From: Candidatus Eremiobacteria bacterium
GTDB taxonomy: Bacteria; Vulcanimicrobiota; Vulcanimicrobiia; Vulcanimicrobiales; Vulcanimicrobiaceae
Length of the DNA: 64,000 nucleotides
Assembly (NCBI GenBank): GCA_963737065.1
Contig: CAVTRC010000001.1
Location: forward strand, 448,001-512,000
Direction: 5' to 3'
Part shown: positions 8,891 to 19,014 of the stretch, piece by piece
How the letters are laid out: every line of letters begins with the position of its first letter
How positions within the stretch are numbered: position 1 is the stretch's first letter
Notes under the pieces: generated by a model
The model's input: only the letters and a program-made list of their open reading frames with translations
What the model was told of the DNA's origin: nothing
Databases searched by the model: none
Program-made: the position numbers and the translations under genes

Positions 8891-10117
8891 CTAGAATGCA
8901 CCGAGACCGGCCGGTGAACCGAGGCCCGTGTAGACGCTGAACGGCACCTTCGCGACACGATGCAGCGAGGAACGATGTGCGTAAAGATACGATGTCGTTT
9001 GGCCGTTACCAGCGAGCGCATACGCCGAAGCAACGATCGGTGCGCCGACACTCGTGCCTCCGGCGACGAGCCATCCGCCGGCTAGTGCATCAAACATCGA
9101 TACGCCGGATTGCGGATCGGCAACCGCGCCCACGTCAACGCTTGACTTCGTCGCGCATGCCGTCACGCCGGCCTGCCACGACGGGCGCGGCTCGTACGCA
9201 CTGCAGCCATGTCCGGTCCAATACCACGACCGTTGTACGAACGCCGTGCCGCTCTTCTGCAAAATCGTTCCGCCGACCGATGTCACGTACGGCGACACCG
9301 CCGGATACGAAGGATACTTCTGATCGCCGGACGCGGCGGTGATCGCAACACCCGCATGATCGAAGTTCGCGTCGTAGCTTCGTTCGCCGCTCCACTCGCG
9401 TGCATAATAACTGTTGCTTACGACGCGCGCGCCTCTTGCGACGGCCGTGTCCACCGCGCTTGCGAGATCGGCGACCGTCGCCGACTTCGCTTCGACCAGC
9501 AGAATCGAACAACGCGGACAGATCGCGGAAACCATCTCGACATCGATTGCTTCTTCTTCGGACCATCCCATGTTGAACGACGGGTACGCGGTGCCGCCGT
9601 GTTCGTCGATCTTCCGGAAGCATCCATTGAAGCTCGTGCATTGCCCGAGGCCGAACGTCGTGCGGTAGATCGCGAGATCCGCTTCGATCGCCGGGTCGTC
9701 GTACGCGTCAACGATCGCGACCGTCGTGGAAGCTCCTTCGCGCAATCCGTAGGCGCTCTGCAAATCGAGTGGATGGAAACCGGGAACGAGCGACTCGGGC
9801 AAACGTCCATCCAAAATTGCGCCCGCGTTTACGTTGAGCGCCACGCTGCAACTGACGGTGGCTTCGGCGATGGCCGGAATGCACGCGAGCACGTTCGATC
9901 CGGGAAGCGCCGCGGCGCTGTCACCCGGGAGGGCGGCGGCGCTGTCGCCACCGGGCAGTTCGTACGTTCCGTCACCTCCCGGCAATGCAGCGGCACTGTC
10001 CTGCGCCGAAGGACCATGCGGTACCGGCAACGGTGAAACGACCGGAGCTGATCCACCATTGCCGGAACAGCCGGAAATCAACGCAGCCGCAATCCACGGA
10101 ACAAGCGTTCGTCGCAT
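8891..10117 (-). CDS. S53 (sedolisin-like)/S8 peptidase lipoprotein
   Basis: Lipobox LISGC; AIVDAYD, EEAIDVEM (E-x3-D), AASGD, GGTSVGAP catalytic motifs. Confidence 0.88.
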   Translation of the reverse strand: MRRTLVPWIAAALISGCSGNGGSAPVVSPLPVPHGPSAQDSAAALPGGDGTYELPGGDSAAALPGDSAAALPGSNVLACIPAIAEATVSCSVALNVNAGAILDGRLPESLVPGFHPLDLQSAYGLREGASTTVAIVDAYDDPAIEADLAIYRTTFGLGQCTSFNGCFRKIDEHGGTAYPSFNMGWSEEEAIDVEMVSAICPRCSILLVEAKSATVADLASAVDTAVARGARVVSNSYYAREWSGERSYDANFDHAGVAITAASGDQKYPSYPAVSPYVTSVGGTILQKSGTAFVQRSWYWTGHGCSAYEPRPSWQAGVTACATKSSVDVGAVADPQSGVSMFDALAGGWLVAGGTSVGAPIVASAYALAGNGQTTSYLYAHRSSLHRVAKVPFSVYTGLGSPAGLGAF

Positions 10118-10125
10118 ACGTTCGG

Positions 10126-12705
10126 CTAAGTCCGTACCCAGCCCGACTTCATTGCTAACGCCACCGCCTCACGCCGGCCACTACATTCCAATTTCCGGCA
10201 GATCGAACGGACGTGTGTGTCGATCGTGTGCGTGCTGCGGCCGCTCTTTGAAGCGATCTCTTTCGAACTGGCGCCGGCGGCCAGAAGCAACAGAATTTCG
10301 CGCTCAACCGGCGTCAGTACGGCATAGCCGCCGCCGGACATATCTTGCGGAAACGGTAACTTTGCGAGAAGGCGCGCCAACCCACCGAAGTGCACCGATC
10401 GAAGGCGCTCCAGCGCGGCGGCGATCTCCGCCGGCTCAGCCTGTCCGAGTGCGCGGCGATAGTACGCGCGCACCGCGTGAATGAGTGCCTGAAGGCGCCC
10501 CTTGCGCTGAACTGCGGCTTCGGCCTCGGCGATGAAACGATGCGCCGCGGATGAGTGGCCGCGTACGAGTTCGACGAGGGCAAGAACGAGCAGCGTACGC
10601 ACAGTGCGGTGCCGGCTATGCCGCGAGGCGGCCAGCGCCTCTTGCGCTCGCGCCATCGCTTCGTGCGTCTCCTCGCTCAACCCGCATGACGCCGCATAGA
10701 GTGAAATCTCCGCGCATCGGTATGCGCGCCGCGTGTTGCCGGTAACGGCCGGTTCACTGCCCGCGAGGATGGCATGCGCCTCGGTAAAATCGCCGTTCCA
10801 TGCCGCTCGCAACGCGCGCGACGGCAACAGCGTCTCGGCAACCGTGTGCGGCAACAACCCATCCGTGCGCGCAATCTCTTTCTCCAAGCGTTCGATCGCG
10901 AGATCGTCGCCGCGGCTCGTTTCGATGTCGATCGATGCAAGCAATCCGTACATACGCGTCTGCACGCCGCCGCTCTTACGCGCCGCTTCGATCAGCCGGT
11001 CGAGCAGCGCGAGGCTTTCGATCGGATCGTCTTCGTCATCGTAGGTGATCGTGTAGAGCACGCTGTACGCGCGAGCGACGACGTCGAAGAGCCCGCATGT
11101 TTGCGCGAGATCGATCGCGAGATTGGCATAGTTCCACGCGTTTCCGCGATCCGGAAGCATGTGATGCACGTACGCGGCTTGTTGGTAGAACCGCGCCCGT
11201 GACGCATCGGAGACACTCGCGTCGATCGATGCAACCGCTTGTGCCACCACGTCCACCGCGCGTTCGAGCAAACCGGCGCGGGCGAGCGCGCTCGCATACG
11301 TGCCGAGGAGTGAAACGCGGCGTGCCGGCGCGATGCTCGTGTCGGCTGCGTACGGTGCCAGAAACGCAACCGCATCGCGGTCGTGACGGATCAGTTCGAT
11401 CGCGTAGCGGTCGACGATCGAGAGACGAATCTCCGCATCGTTTGCTCGCGTAATGGCATCTACGAAGTCGCGTTCCGCCGCATCGAAATGTCCGCGCCCG
11501 GAGAGCGACATCGCTTTGACGGCAAGAACGCGCGCATCGCTAAGCTGCGCGTGTTCGACCAGAGCGACCGCATTCGAAATCGCTTCTGCTTCCCCGCGCT
11601 CGTACACCTCGACGCCGCGCTCAGCCAGCAGCCGCGCAACCGATTCACGGTCCTGCGCGAGCGTGTAGAGGGCGAGCGCGCGCGCCGTCTCATCGCGACG
11701 CTCGAGGATTGACGCTCCGCGAAGATGCGCGCTAGACGCGCGATCGGCGCCGGCACGGCGCAATTCGGAATCCAAGAAGTCGCGAAAGAGATCGTGATAC
11801 CGGAAAACGCCGGGCACTACTTCGCTGATGAACGACGCCTCGCGACGCAGTTCCGCGAACACCGCGCTCGAGCCGCCGAGATCGGCGACCATTGAAGCAT
11901 CGAACGATGAAAACACCGAGGTGTCGAGGAGTAAGGACTGCTGCTCGGGTGTGAGCCCCGAATAGACTTGCTCCGCGAGATACCGGTAGACCATCTCACG
12001 AGCACCGGCCGTGGCCGCACGAAGATCCGTTGCGTACGTACGCGTGCGAACCGCGATGGAAAGGGCAACGGGCCAACCGGCGGTCAATTCACGCAGCGCT
12101 GCGACCTCGTCTCCCGCGATTCCGCCTTCCGCATCGTCGGCAGCGGCGAGGGCCTCGTCTTCGGTAAAACGCAGATCGTCCTCGCCGACGGGGACGTCGA
12201 TCGTTCCGTATCCGAGCCACGACGCAACCGGAAGACCGGCATCCGAGCGCGTCGCGATGATCCAGTTGATGCGCGCCGTCGTGCGTTCGATAAGCGCAAC
12301 GATCAGCTCGACGACACGCGGATCGACAGCCGCATGATGGAGGTCATCGATGACCACCGTGGCGACGACACGGCGCAGATGCTCGCCGAACCACTCAGTA
12401 AGCGTTGAAATCGGTGCTTCTTCGCGAATGATACGCGACTGAATCTGCGGGAATGCCGAAACGGCGCTTGGCGCGACGGTTTCGATCGAACGCGCAAGGC
12501 CGTGAGAGAATGCCAGCAGCGTCGCATCTTCGCGCGGCACGTCATACCGCACCGCGTCGATGCGCGACGTAGCGAGAAAATCGCGAAGCGCCACGGTCTT
12601 TCCGAACCCGGCCGGCGCCACGATTAACGTGACCGGAAAACGAGCAGCGCGCGCGAGCCGCTCGTTGACGCGCGAACGCATCAATCCCGCAACTGCGATG
12701 GCCAA
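10126..12705 (-). CDS. MalT-like large ATP-binding LuxR-family regulator
   Basis: APAGFGKT Walker A, VIDDLH Walker B, DLRFT, TAGWP, FRYHDLFRDFL, helical repeats, C-terminal LTPVEREIL..GASSKEIA..TIDTH LuxR HTH. Start uncertain (TTG 12705 or ATG 12681). Confidence 0.9.
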   Translation of the reverse strand: MAIAVAGLMRSRVNERLARAARFPVTLIVAPAGFGKTVALRDFLATSRIDAVRYDVPREDATLLAFSHGLARSIETVAPSAVSAFPQIQSRIIREEAPISTLTEWFGEHLRRVVATVVIDDLHHAAVDPRVVELIVALIERTTARINWIIATRSDAGLPVASWLGYGTIDVPVGEDDLRFTEDEALAAADDAEGGIAGDEVAALRELTAGWPVALSIAVRTRTYATDLRAATAGAREMVYRYLAEQVYSGLTPEQQSLLLDTSVFSSFDASMVADLGGSSAVFAELRREASFISEVVPGVFRYHDLFRDFLDSELRRAGADRASSAHLRGASILERRDETARALALYTLAQDRESVARLLAERGVEVYERGEAEAISNAVALVEHAQLSDARVLAVKAMSLSGRGHFDAAERDFVDAITRANDAEIRLSIVDRYAIELIRHDRDAVAFLAPYAADTSIAPARRVSLLGTYASALARAGLLERAVDVVAQAVASIDASVSDASRARFYQQAAYVHHMLPDRGNAWNYANLAIDLAQTCGLFDVVARAYSVLYTITYDDEDDPIESLALLDRLIEAARKSGGVQTRMYGLLASIDIETSRGDDLAIERLEKEIARTDGLLPHTVAETLLPSRALRAAWNGDFTEAHAILAGSEPAVTGNTRRAYRCAEISLYAASCGLSEETHEAMARAQEALAASRHSRHRTVRTLLVLALVELVRGHSSAAHRFIAEAEAAVQRKGRLQALIHAVRAYYRRALGQAEPAEIAAALERLRSVHFGGLARLLAKLPFPQDMSGGGYAVLTPVEREILLLLAAGASSKEIASKSGRSTHTIDTHVRSICRKLECSGRREAVALAMKSGWVRT

Positions 12706-12802
12706 CCCCCTGTCGCCGTGAGTACCCGCCTTGCTTCTACCCGCATTCCATGAAAGCAACAACCGGGTCGCGGAGCGAAGCACGCCACCGTACGATTGCG
12801 CC

Positions 12803-13633
12803 ATGGACACCGATTACGAACGGGTGGCAAAAGCCATCGATTTTCTCATCGAGCACCGGCACGACCAGCCCTCGCTCGACGACGTCGCTCGCGATGCTGG
12901 TTTGAGTCCGTTCCACTTTCAACGGCTTTTCCGCCGTTATGCCGGTGTGACGCCGAAACAATTTCTGGCCGCCCTAACGCTCGAATCCGCGAAGGCGCTC
13001 TTGGACCGAAACGCAAGCGTACTCGATGCGGCACTCGACGTCGGTCTCTCCAGTCCGGCGCGTCTGCACGATCACTTCGTCTCGATCGACGCGATGTCGC
13101 CCGGCGAATATAAGTCGGGAGGGACGGCACTACACGTAACGTACGGCGTGGCGCAGACGCCGTTCGGTTCGATGCTCGCCGCGACGACCACGCGCGGCGT
13201 CGCAATGCTCGAATTCGTCGAAGCCGGATTCACGTTCGATGCGGCACGAACGGCATTACCGAATGCAATCTTCACGCACGATGATGCCGTTGCAGAATCA
13301 ATCGCCGCACGCGCTTTCGGCGATGAGACCCGGCCACTTCATCTCCACGTACGCGGAACGAATTTTCAGCTACGCGTGTGGAGCGCACTGCTCAAGGTGC
13401 GTCCCGGCGCGGTGAAAACGTATGCGGACGTTGCGCGCGACATCGGCGAACCCAACGGTGCGCGCGCGGTCGGTAGTGCGCTCGGCGCCAATCCCGTCGC
13501 GGTCCTCATCCCGTGTCACCGTGTTATCGCGAGCACCGGTATCGTCGGAAATTACAAATGGGGTGCGGAAAAGAAACGCGCGCTGCTCGCGTGGGAGTCA
13601 GCGCGCGAATCGAGAAGCGCCACGGTGCACTAA
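12803..13633 (+). CDS. AraC-HTH / O6-methylguanine-DNA methyltransferase fusion (Ada-like, lacking the Zn domain)
   Basis: LSPFHFQRLF..GVTPKQF AraC domain; GTNFQLRVW, ARAVG, PCHRV active site. TACGAT 6 nt before ATG 12803. Confidence 0.92.
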   Translation: MDTDYERVAKAIDFLIEHRHDQPSLDDVARDAGLSPFHFQRLFRRYAGVTPKQFLAALTLESAKALLDRNASVLDAALDVGLSSPARLHDHFVSIDAMSPGEYKSGGTALHVTYGVAQTPFGSMLAATTTRGVAMLEFVEAGFTFDAARTALPNAIFTHDDAVAESIAARAFGDETRPLHLHVRGTNFQLRVWSALLKVRPGAVKTYADVARDIGEPNGARAVGSALGANPVAVLIPCHRVIASTGIVGNYKWGAEKKRALLAWESARESRSATVH

Positions 13634-13869
13634 GTATTGTCGCGAACGCTCCGTTTTGCGTTATCGACGCCTTCTTTGATGCGTTCTTTCGCCTCGTCGG
13701 CGCCGGAGGCAAGCTTCTCTTCCGGCGTCATTGCGTTGCCTGAAGTTTCGCGACGCTCGCGCTCCGCTTCGGCGGCGGAATGATGCATGGCGCCCGCGGC
13801 GCTATCGCGTACGTCCTGTACGCCTTTCTTGACTTCGTCCGTGATGCTGTGGCCGTTTTCGGTACTCAT
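13630..13869 (-). CDS. Small hydrophilic, LEA/general-stress-like protein
   Basis: 79 aa MSTENGHSITDEVKKGVQDVRD..., charged and helical; preceded by GTTTC-N15-GGGTAC. Confidence 0.7.
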   Translation of the reverse strand: MSTENGHSITDEVKKGVQDVRDSAAGAMHHSAAEAERERRETSGNAMTPEEKLASGADEAKERIKEGVDNAKRSVRDNT

Positions 13870-13879
13870 GCTCAAAGGA

Positions 13880-13905
13880 GTACCCGCGTGGTTGCAGCCC
13901 GAAAC
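13880..13905 (-). promoter_or_regulatory. SigB/SigF-like promoter
   Basis: Minus strand GTTTC-N15-GGGTAC, 10 nt before ATG 13869. Confidence 0.7.
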
Positions 13906-13915
13906 GAGCGGAGTT

Positions 13916-14746
13916 ATGGTCGCGTCCAATATCGCCAAGGACGACGCACGCCCGTACGAGCCTGCGAAGGGCCCGGCGCTGCGTCGCATCACCGCGGGGG
14001 CCATCAAGCGGCGTAAGGGGACCGCGGTCGTTCCAATGATCACCGCATATGATACGCCGTTTGCAAGTTTTGCCGAGGAGGCGGGAATCGACTGGATTCT
14101 TTGTGGCGACAGCCTCGGTAACGTCGTACTCGGCTACGACGAAACGACCGCGGTGACGATGGACCAAATGATCCATCACACCGCTGCGGTCGCGCGCGGG
14201 ACCGCGCGCGCACACATCGTCGCGGACATGCCGTTCGGCTCGTATCAGGTCAGTAATGAAGAAGCGGTGCGTAATGCGATTCGTTTCGTGAAAGAAGCCG
14301 GTGTGCAGTCGGTAAAACTCGAGGGCGGCGTGCACGAAGCGGATCGCGTGCGTGCTATTGCTCGCACCGGCATTCCCGTCGTGGGACACATCGGCGTAAC
14401 GCCGCAGACCGCCGGTCTGGGTCCGGGCTACCGCAAGCGAACGCACCGCGATCGGCTTCTGCAAGATGCGCTCGCGATCGAAGGAGCCGGCGCGTACGCG
14501 ATCGTGCTTGAAGTCGTCGACTTCGACATCGCACGCGAGTTGACGGAGCGCTTGTCGATTCTCACGATCGGAATCGGTTCCGGCAACGCATGCGACGCGC
14601 AGGTGCTCGTACTGCACGATCTGCTCGGGATGTACCCGCATTCGCCGCCGTTCGCAAGACGGTTCGCAGAGATCGGCGCGCAATCGATCGCCGCGTTGCG
14701 CGATTATGCGACAGCGGTTCGCGAACGAAGCTTTCCCGAAACGTAA
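13916..14746 (+). CDS. panB: 3-methyl-2-oxobutanoate hydroxymethyltransferase
   Basis: MITAYD, LCGDSLG, ADMPFGSY, VKLEGG, GHIGVTPQ, TIGIGSG, QVLVLHD motifs. Confidence 0.96.
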   Translation: MVASNIAKDDARPYEPAKGPALRRITAGAIKRRKGTAVVPMITAYDTPFASFAEEAGIDWILCGDSLGNVVLGYDETTAVTMDQMIHHTAAVARGTARAHIVADMPFGSYQVSNEEAVRNAIRFVKEAGVQSVKLEGGVHEADRVRAIARTGIPVVGHIGVTPQTAGLGPGYRKRTHRDRLLQDALAIEGAGAYAIVLEVVDFDIARELTERLSILTIGIGSGNACDAQVLVLHDLLGMYPHSPPFARRFAEIGAQSIAALRDYATAVRERSFPET

Positions 14747-14764
14747 ACCTCCGCACGCGCGCGG

Positions 14765-16399
14765 CTAGCGTGCGTCCCAATCTTCGGGATGAACGGGAAT
14801 CTGCAGCATGTTGCGTTGTAAACCGGTGACGCGGCGATTGACGCCGTCGAAGTACACTTCGTAGTAGAGCGGAATCACCGGCGCGTCGTCGTGGATCAGC
14901 TGTTGGATGTCGTTGAAGTCACGATCGCGTTGCGCTTCATCCGGCGTGCGCGCTTGGTCGTCGAATAACGCCTCGAAGCGTTTTGAACAGTAAAACGAAT
15001 GGTTCGAGCCGCCCGGCACGGCTTGGACGCAACGCAGGTTTAACGACTGTTCGGGGTCGCCGCCGCCGACCCATGACTCAGTTGCGATCGCCGCTTTTCC
15101 GTTACGCAAGAGTCCGGTAAAACTGAACCACGTACGCGTGGGGTTCGTTTTGACGGTGAAATGCATTCCGGCCGCCGCAAGCTCAGATTGCACGAGCGTT
15201 GCGATTCGTACGGCGATCGGGTTCTCGGCATCCGCTCCGATCACGCCGGAGAGCGCATCATGATCTTTCGCCCACCCGCCCTCACCAGAGCGCCAGCCCG
15301 ATGCGCTCAACTCGCGTTGCGCGGCGCGAATGTCGTGAGGATACGGTTGAATGGCGGGAGCACTCCACGAGACGATCGGAGGCGGCAGAAACGATCCGGC
15401 GTTCGGATATTGATGATGCCAGATGTTTGCGAGCTGATTGACATCGACGGCATACGCGATAGCGCGGCGGACGTAGACGTCATTCGTCGGCGACGCCTGC
15501 GTCTGGAGATATAAGAATCCGGTCGCGTTCTCCGGCGTGCGTACGATGCGTACGTTTGGAAGGCGTTCGGCTTGCTCCACGTTATCCGGCGTCAGGCGTC
15601 CGACGTCGGTCGCGCCGGACTGCAGCGCGACGAAATTGGAATTGAGGTTCGGAACGATCTGCAGCACGATCTGCTTCAACTTCGGTTTCGGGAAAAAATA
15701 CTCGTTCGGTTCCAAAACGATGCGATCGCCACGGTTCCACGTCGTCACCCGGAACGGCCCGGTCCCGAACGGCGCATTTTCCCACGGCGTACCGACGACT
15801 TTGGTATCGGCAAAGACGTGTTTCGGCAAAATCCCGTACGGATAATCCGACTGCGCGAAGAGCACGCGTACCGCCGCGTTCCACGGTTCACGCAGCCGGA
15901 TAACAACGGTGTGGAGATCCGGCGTTTGGAGTGATACGATCCGTCGATACGATTCCACCGACGTCGCGCGATTGCGCGGATCGAAGATCGCGCGATAGGT
16001 GAACGCGACGTCCGCCGACGTCAGCAGCGCACCGTCCGCGAAACGGACATTGGGGCGTAAATGGTAGGTGATGCGCGTACTATCCGCCGAGATGTCACCG
16101 TTTGTTCGCGATGGCACGCGCGTTACGAGAATCGGCACGACGCGATTGCGTGCATCGAGCCCGACGAGGGTTTGGCAGAAGAGCGCCTCGAGCCATATAT
16201 CGTCCTGATCGAGCGTAATGAACGGCGAGAGCGACGCGGGGTCGCCCGCAAACGCGATGCGCAGCACATGACGCTCGCGCGGAATCCCACCACGCGAACA
16301 CCTTGCGAATGCTGCTACAGCAAGCGCCATCAACACCCAGCGAAGGATGAGTCCGGTCCGCCGAGTCATTCCACTCGTATTCGGCGCGCCGGATTGCAT
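14765..16399 (-). CDS. Peptide/nickel ABC substrate-binding protein (family 5), with no adjacent permease
   Basis: YHLRPNVRFADG..LTSADVAFT, GTGPF, VRRAIAYAVD, DAPVIPL motifs. Start uncertain (16399 or 16369). Confidence 0.9.
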   Translation of the reverse strand: MQSGAPNTSGMTRRTGLILRWVLMALAVAAFARCSRGGIPRERHVLRIAFAGDPASLSPFITLDQDDIWLEALFCQTLVGLDARNRVVPILVTRVPSRTNGDISADSTRITYHLRPNVRFADGALLTSADVAFTYRAIFDPRNRATSVESYRRIVSLQTPDLHTVVIRLREPWNAAVRVLFAQSDYPYGILPKHVFADTKVVGTPWENAPFGTGPFRVTTWNRGDRIVLEPNEYFFPKPKLKQIVLQIVPNLNSNFVALQSGATDVGRLTPDNVEQAERLPNVRIVRTPENATGFLYLQTQASPTNDVYVRRAIAYAVDVNQLANIWHHQYPNAGSFLPPPIVSWSAPAIQPYPHDIRAAQRELSASGWRSGEGGWAKDHDALSGVIGADAENPIAVRIATLVQSELAAAGMHFTVKTNPTRTWFSFTGLLRNGKAAIATESWVGGGDPEQSLNLRCVQAVPGGSNHSFYCSKRFEALFDDQARTPDEAQRDRDFNDIQQLIHDDAPVIPLYYEVYFDGVNRRVTGLQRNMLQIPVHPEDWDAR

Positions 16400-16495
16400 G
16401 CATGCAGGAGCGCGCCGGCTAGAACGCCGGCGCGCCGACTAACGAGCTGAGGACTCGTTAGTTGTAGGAGGCACCCTACAGCTTTTCACTCGTTA

Positions 16496-16612
16496 CTATG
16501 AGGAGAGTGCCGGCTTCCGTCGTTGGCGCGTGCACGTACGGCGTGATGCGTACGGACGCGAGCGAGCAACCGGGACGACGCCCATCGGTGCTGCGGCAGC
16601 GGCCTTTCTCAT
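16496..16612 (-). CDS. Putative 38-aa basic small peptide within a structured intergenic RNA
   Basis: AGGAGGT, 7 nt, ATG; MRKAAAAAPMGVVPVARSRPYASRRTCTRQRRKPALSS*. Below the ORF-track cutoff and could be non-coding. Confidence 0.4.
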   Translation of the reverse strand: MRKAAAAAPMGVVPVARSRPYASRRTCTRQRRKPALSS

Positions 16613-16737
16613 GCGGTGTACCTCCTGCATTAACAATAGGCCGCGCACACGTCGCGCCGACATACTCAAAACCGGGTAGGACGCGATTGGACAGCTCTAA
16701 CGGGCGCTAGGCGAGCTTCGAAACTCCGAGAAAGACG

Positions 16738-18306
16738 TTATCTCGCATCACCGTCCTGCAAGATCCGCATCGCTGCATTGCGTCCGTTGATCGCAATGAC
16801 GCTCCCGCCGGGATGCGTGCAAGCGCCGCAGAGATAGACGCCGTCCATCGGCGTCCGGTAGTGCAATCGGTTGCTCCACATGTATTGCGGACGGCAATCG
16901 CCCTGGAAAATGTGCCCGCCGGTTAGACCGACCTTCGCCTCGATATCCGGTGGGCCCATGACTTGCGCGTCGATGACGACATCGGGAAAGTTCGAGCAAA
17001 ACCGTCCGATCGACGCGAACGCCGTTTCTTTAGCGCGCTCGCGATGCGCGTCCCACGTGCCGTCCGCAAATTTATACGGCACGTACTGCACGAACGCGCT
17101 CATCGTATGCGTTCCCGCCGGCGCGACACCGTCGTCAAAAACGCTCTGAAAGTACATCTCGGCCCATACCCGCTCCGCCAAGCGGCCTGCCTTCGCAGCT
17201 GCGAAGCCGTCCGCCCACTGCGCTTTCGTCAGCGGCGCGTTGATCTGACTATAGTGATGCGGCTGCAGGGCTCCGGGACGCGCGGTAAAGTTCGGAAGCT
17301 CGCGAAGCCACATGTTGATCTTTAGCGTGCAGCCTTCGATCGGAATCGCTTCGACGTGCGCTCGCCACGCGGGATCGGCGTCGACGCACAATCGCAGCGT
17401 AACGCGCGGATCGGCATTCGAAACGACGACCGGCGCGTCGACGCGATCGCCGCTTTCAAGCACGACGCCTTGGCCGGGAACGATCTGCGCCACCGGTGTG
17501 TTGAGCGCGATTTCGGCGCCCGCTTCTCGCGCTGCGTCGGCGAGATAAAACGACACCATCCCCATGCCGCCTTTGACGTATCCCCACGTGCCGGGCAATC
17601 CGTCGAGCCTTCCACTCGAATGATGAAATCGTATCGAAGCCGTGCCCGCCTCGAATGGGCTCGCGTTGGTCCCGATGACGCCCTGGCCCATCAGCGCGAG
17701 TTGCAGGCGCTCGTCTTCGAGATAGCGCTCGACGAACTCGGCCATCGACCACTCGAAGAGCAATGCGCGCGCATGTGCGTCGTTCCCGATGCGCGTTTCC
17801 AGCTCGTCGCGCGTCGGAGGTTCGCCGATCCACATGTCACGTTCGTCGGGCGGACGAATCGCATCACGCAAACGACGCACGACGGCCGACATTTCGTGAA
17901 AGCCGTCGACGTCGCGCGGCGATAGATGCGCGATTTCGCGCGCGCATAGCTCGTCGTCTTCGTACAGTTGCACGCTGCTGCCATCTTCAAACGGAACGAA
18001 CAATCCGTTCGATGCCGGATGGCAGACGAAACCGCGCGCCGGCAGATCGAGCTCCCGCACGACGAGCGGATGGAGCAGCCCGTTCACGTACGCACATGGG
18101 GACATCCGTACGCCGGGAAACGGCTCTTCGATCGTGCAGGCGCCGCCGACGCGCTCGCGAGCCTCGAGCACGAGGACACGCTTGCCGGCACGCGCCAAAT
18201 ACGCGGCGCAGGCAAGGCCATTGTGGCCGGCACCGACGACAACGACATCCCGCCGTTGTACGCGCTTAACGGACGTAGCTACCGCCGTTGAGGTCGACCG
18301 TCGCAC
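16738..18306 (-). CDS. Phytoene desaturase-family NAD(P)/FAD-dependent oxidoreductase
   Basis: VVVGAGHNGLACAAYLA, LEAR..VGG, YVKGGMG, GGHIFQG, YLCGACTHPGGSV. Start uncertain. Confidence 0.9.
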   Translation of the reverse strand: MRRSTSTAVATSVKRVQRRDVVVVGAGHNGLACAAYLARAGKRVLVLEARERVGGACTIEEPFPGVRMSPCAYVNGLLHPLVVRELDLPARGFVCHPASNGLFVPFEDGSSVQLYEDDELCAREIAHLSPRDVDGFHEMSAVVRRLRDAIRPPDERDMWIGEPPTRDELETRIGNDAHARALLFEWSMAEFVERYLEDERLQLALMGQGVIGTNASPFEAGTASIRFHHSSGRLDGLPGTWGYVKGGMGMVSFYLADAAREAGAEIALNTPVAQIVPGQGVVLESGDRVDAPVVVSNADPRVTLRLCVDADPAWRAHVEAIPIEGCTLKINMWLRELPNFTARPGALQPHHYSQINAPLTKAQWADGFAAAKAGRLAERVWAEMYFQSVFDDGVAPAGTHTMSAFVQYVPYKFADGTWDAHRERAKETAFASIGRFCSNFPDVVIDAQVMGPPDIEAKVGLTGGHIFQGDCRPQYMWSNRLHYRTPMDGVYLCGACTHPGGSVIAINGRNAAMRILQDGDAR

Positions 18307-19006
18307 CGTTCGCGTAGTTGCCTCTCTCGGATGCGAAGAATGCGATCACATCACCGATCTCTTCTGCCGTACCGATGTAACCGAGCGGCACTTCCGCCTC
18401 CAACTCCGCGCGCCGCTGCGGAACCTCGAGATCCGCGGCTGCCATATCGGTTTCGATAAAACCCGGCGCAATCGAGATCGCGCTGATGCCATACTTCCCG
18501 CACGAACGGGCAATCGATTTCGTGAGATTGACGAGAGCTGCTTTACTGGCGCCGTAATCGGCGAAATTCAACTCGCCGCGATGCGCGGCGCGCGACGTGA
18601 CGTTGATAATCTTGCCACGACCCTGGGCGCGCATATGCTGAAGCGCGAGATAGGTCAGGTCCGCCGTGCCGAAGAGATTGATTGCAAACGTTCGCTCCCA
18701 GCCGCGCCGCCACGCATCGAAGTCGTTGTCGAAGAACGGATTCTCGGAAAAAACGGCGCCGTTGTTGACGAGCACGTCGATGCGTCCGTACGACGAAATG
18801 CACGACTCGATCACCGCCGGCAAACGTGCGTGCTGCGCGAGATCGCAGTGAACCGCGCGCGCACGCGAGCCTAATTCCTCCGCCAACACGTTGGCTTCCG
18901 CCGCCTTCGTGGCATACGTGAAGATGATTTCGTGTCCGTCCCGATGGAGCGCGCGAACGGCGGCGGCTCCGATCCCGCGCGATCCGCCCGTTAAAAGAAC
19001 GACCAC
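18266..19006 (-). CDS. SDR-family oxidoreductase
   Basis: TGGSRGIG, LVNNG, YGASK, APGFIET motifs. GTG start at 19006 chosen. Confidence 0.93.
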   Translation of the reverse strand: MVVLLTGGSRGIGAAAVRALHRDGHEIIFTYATKAAEANVLAEELGSRARAVHCDLAQHARLPAVIESCISSYGRIDVLVNNGAVFSENPFFDNDFDAWRRGWERTFAINLFGTADLTYLALQHMRAQGRGKIINVTSRAAHRGELNFADYGASKAALVNLTKSIARSCGKYGISAISIAPGFIETDMAAADLEVPQRRAELEAEVPLGYIGTAEEIGDVIAFFASERGNYANGATVDLNGGSYVR

Positions 19007-19014
19007 GCGGCGCG

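Noticed and set aside
12731..13915. Long N-terminal extensions in the ORF track (ada-like from 12731, panB from 13787; likewise purL, ribD, mtnA, dapA, holA, thioesterase)
   Set aside because: Homology motifs, stop/start overlaps, SD or -10 positions point to the downstream starts reported in the features.
16496..16630. tmRNA, SRP RNA or RNase P RNA
   Set aside because: No tRNA-like ends, no SRP domain IV motif and no RNase P GAGGAAAGTCC core.
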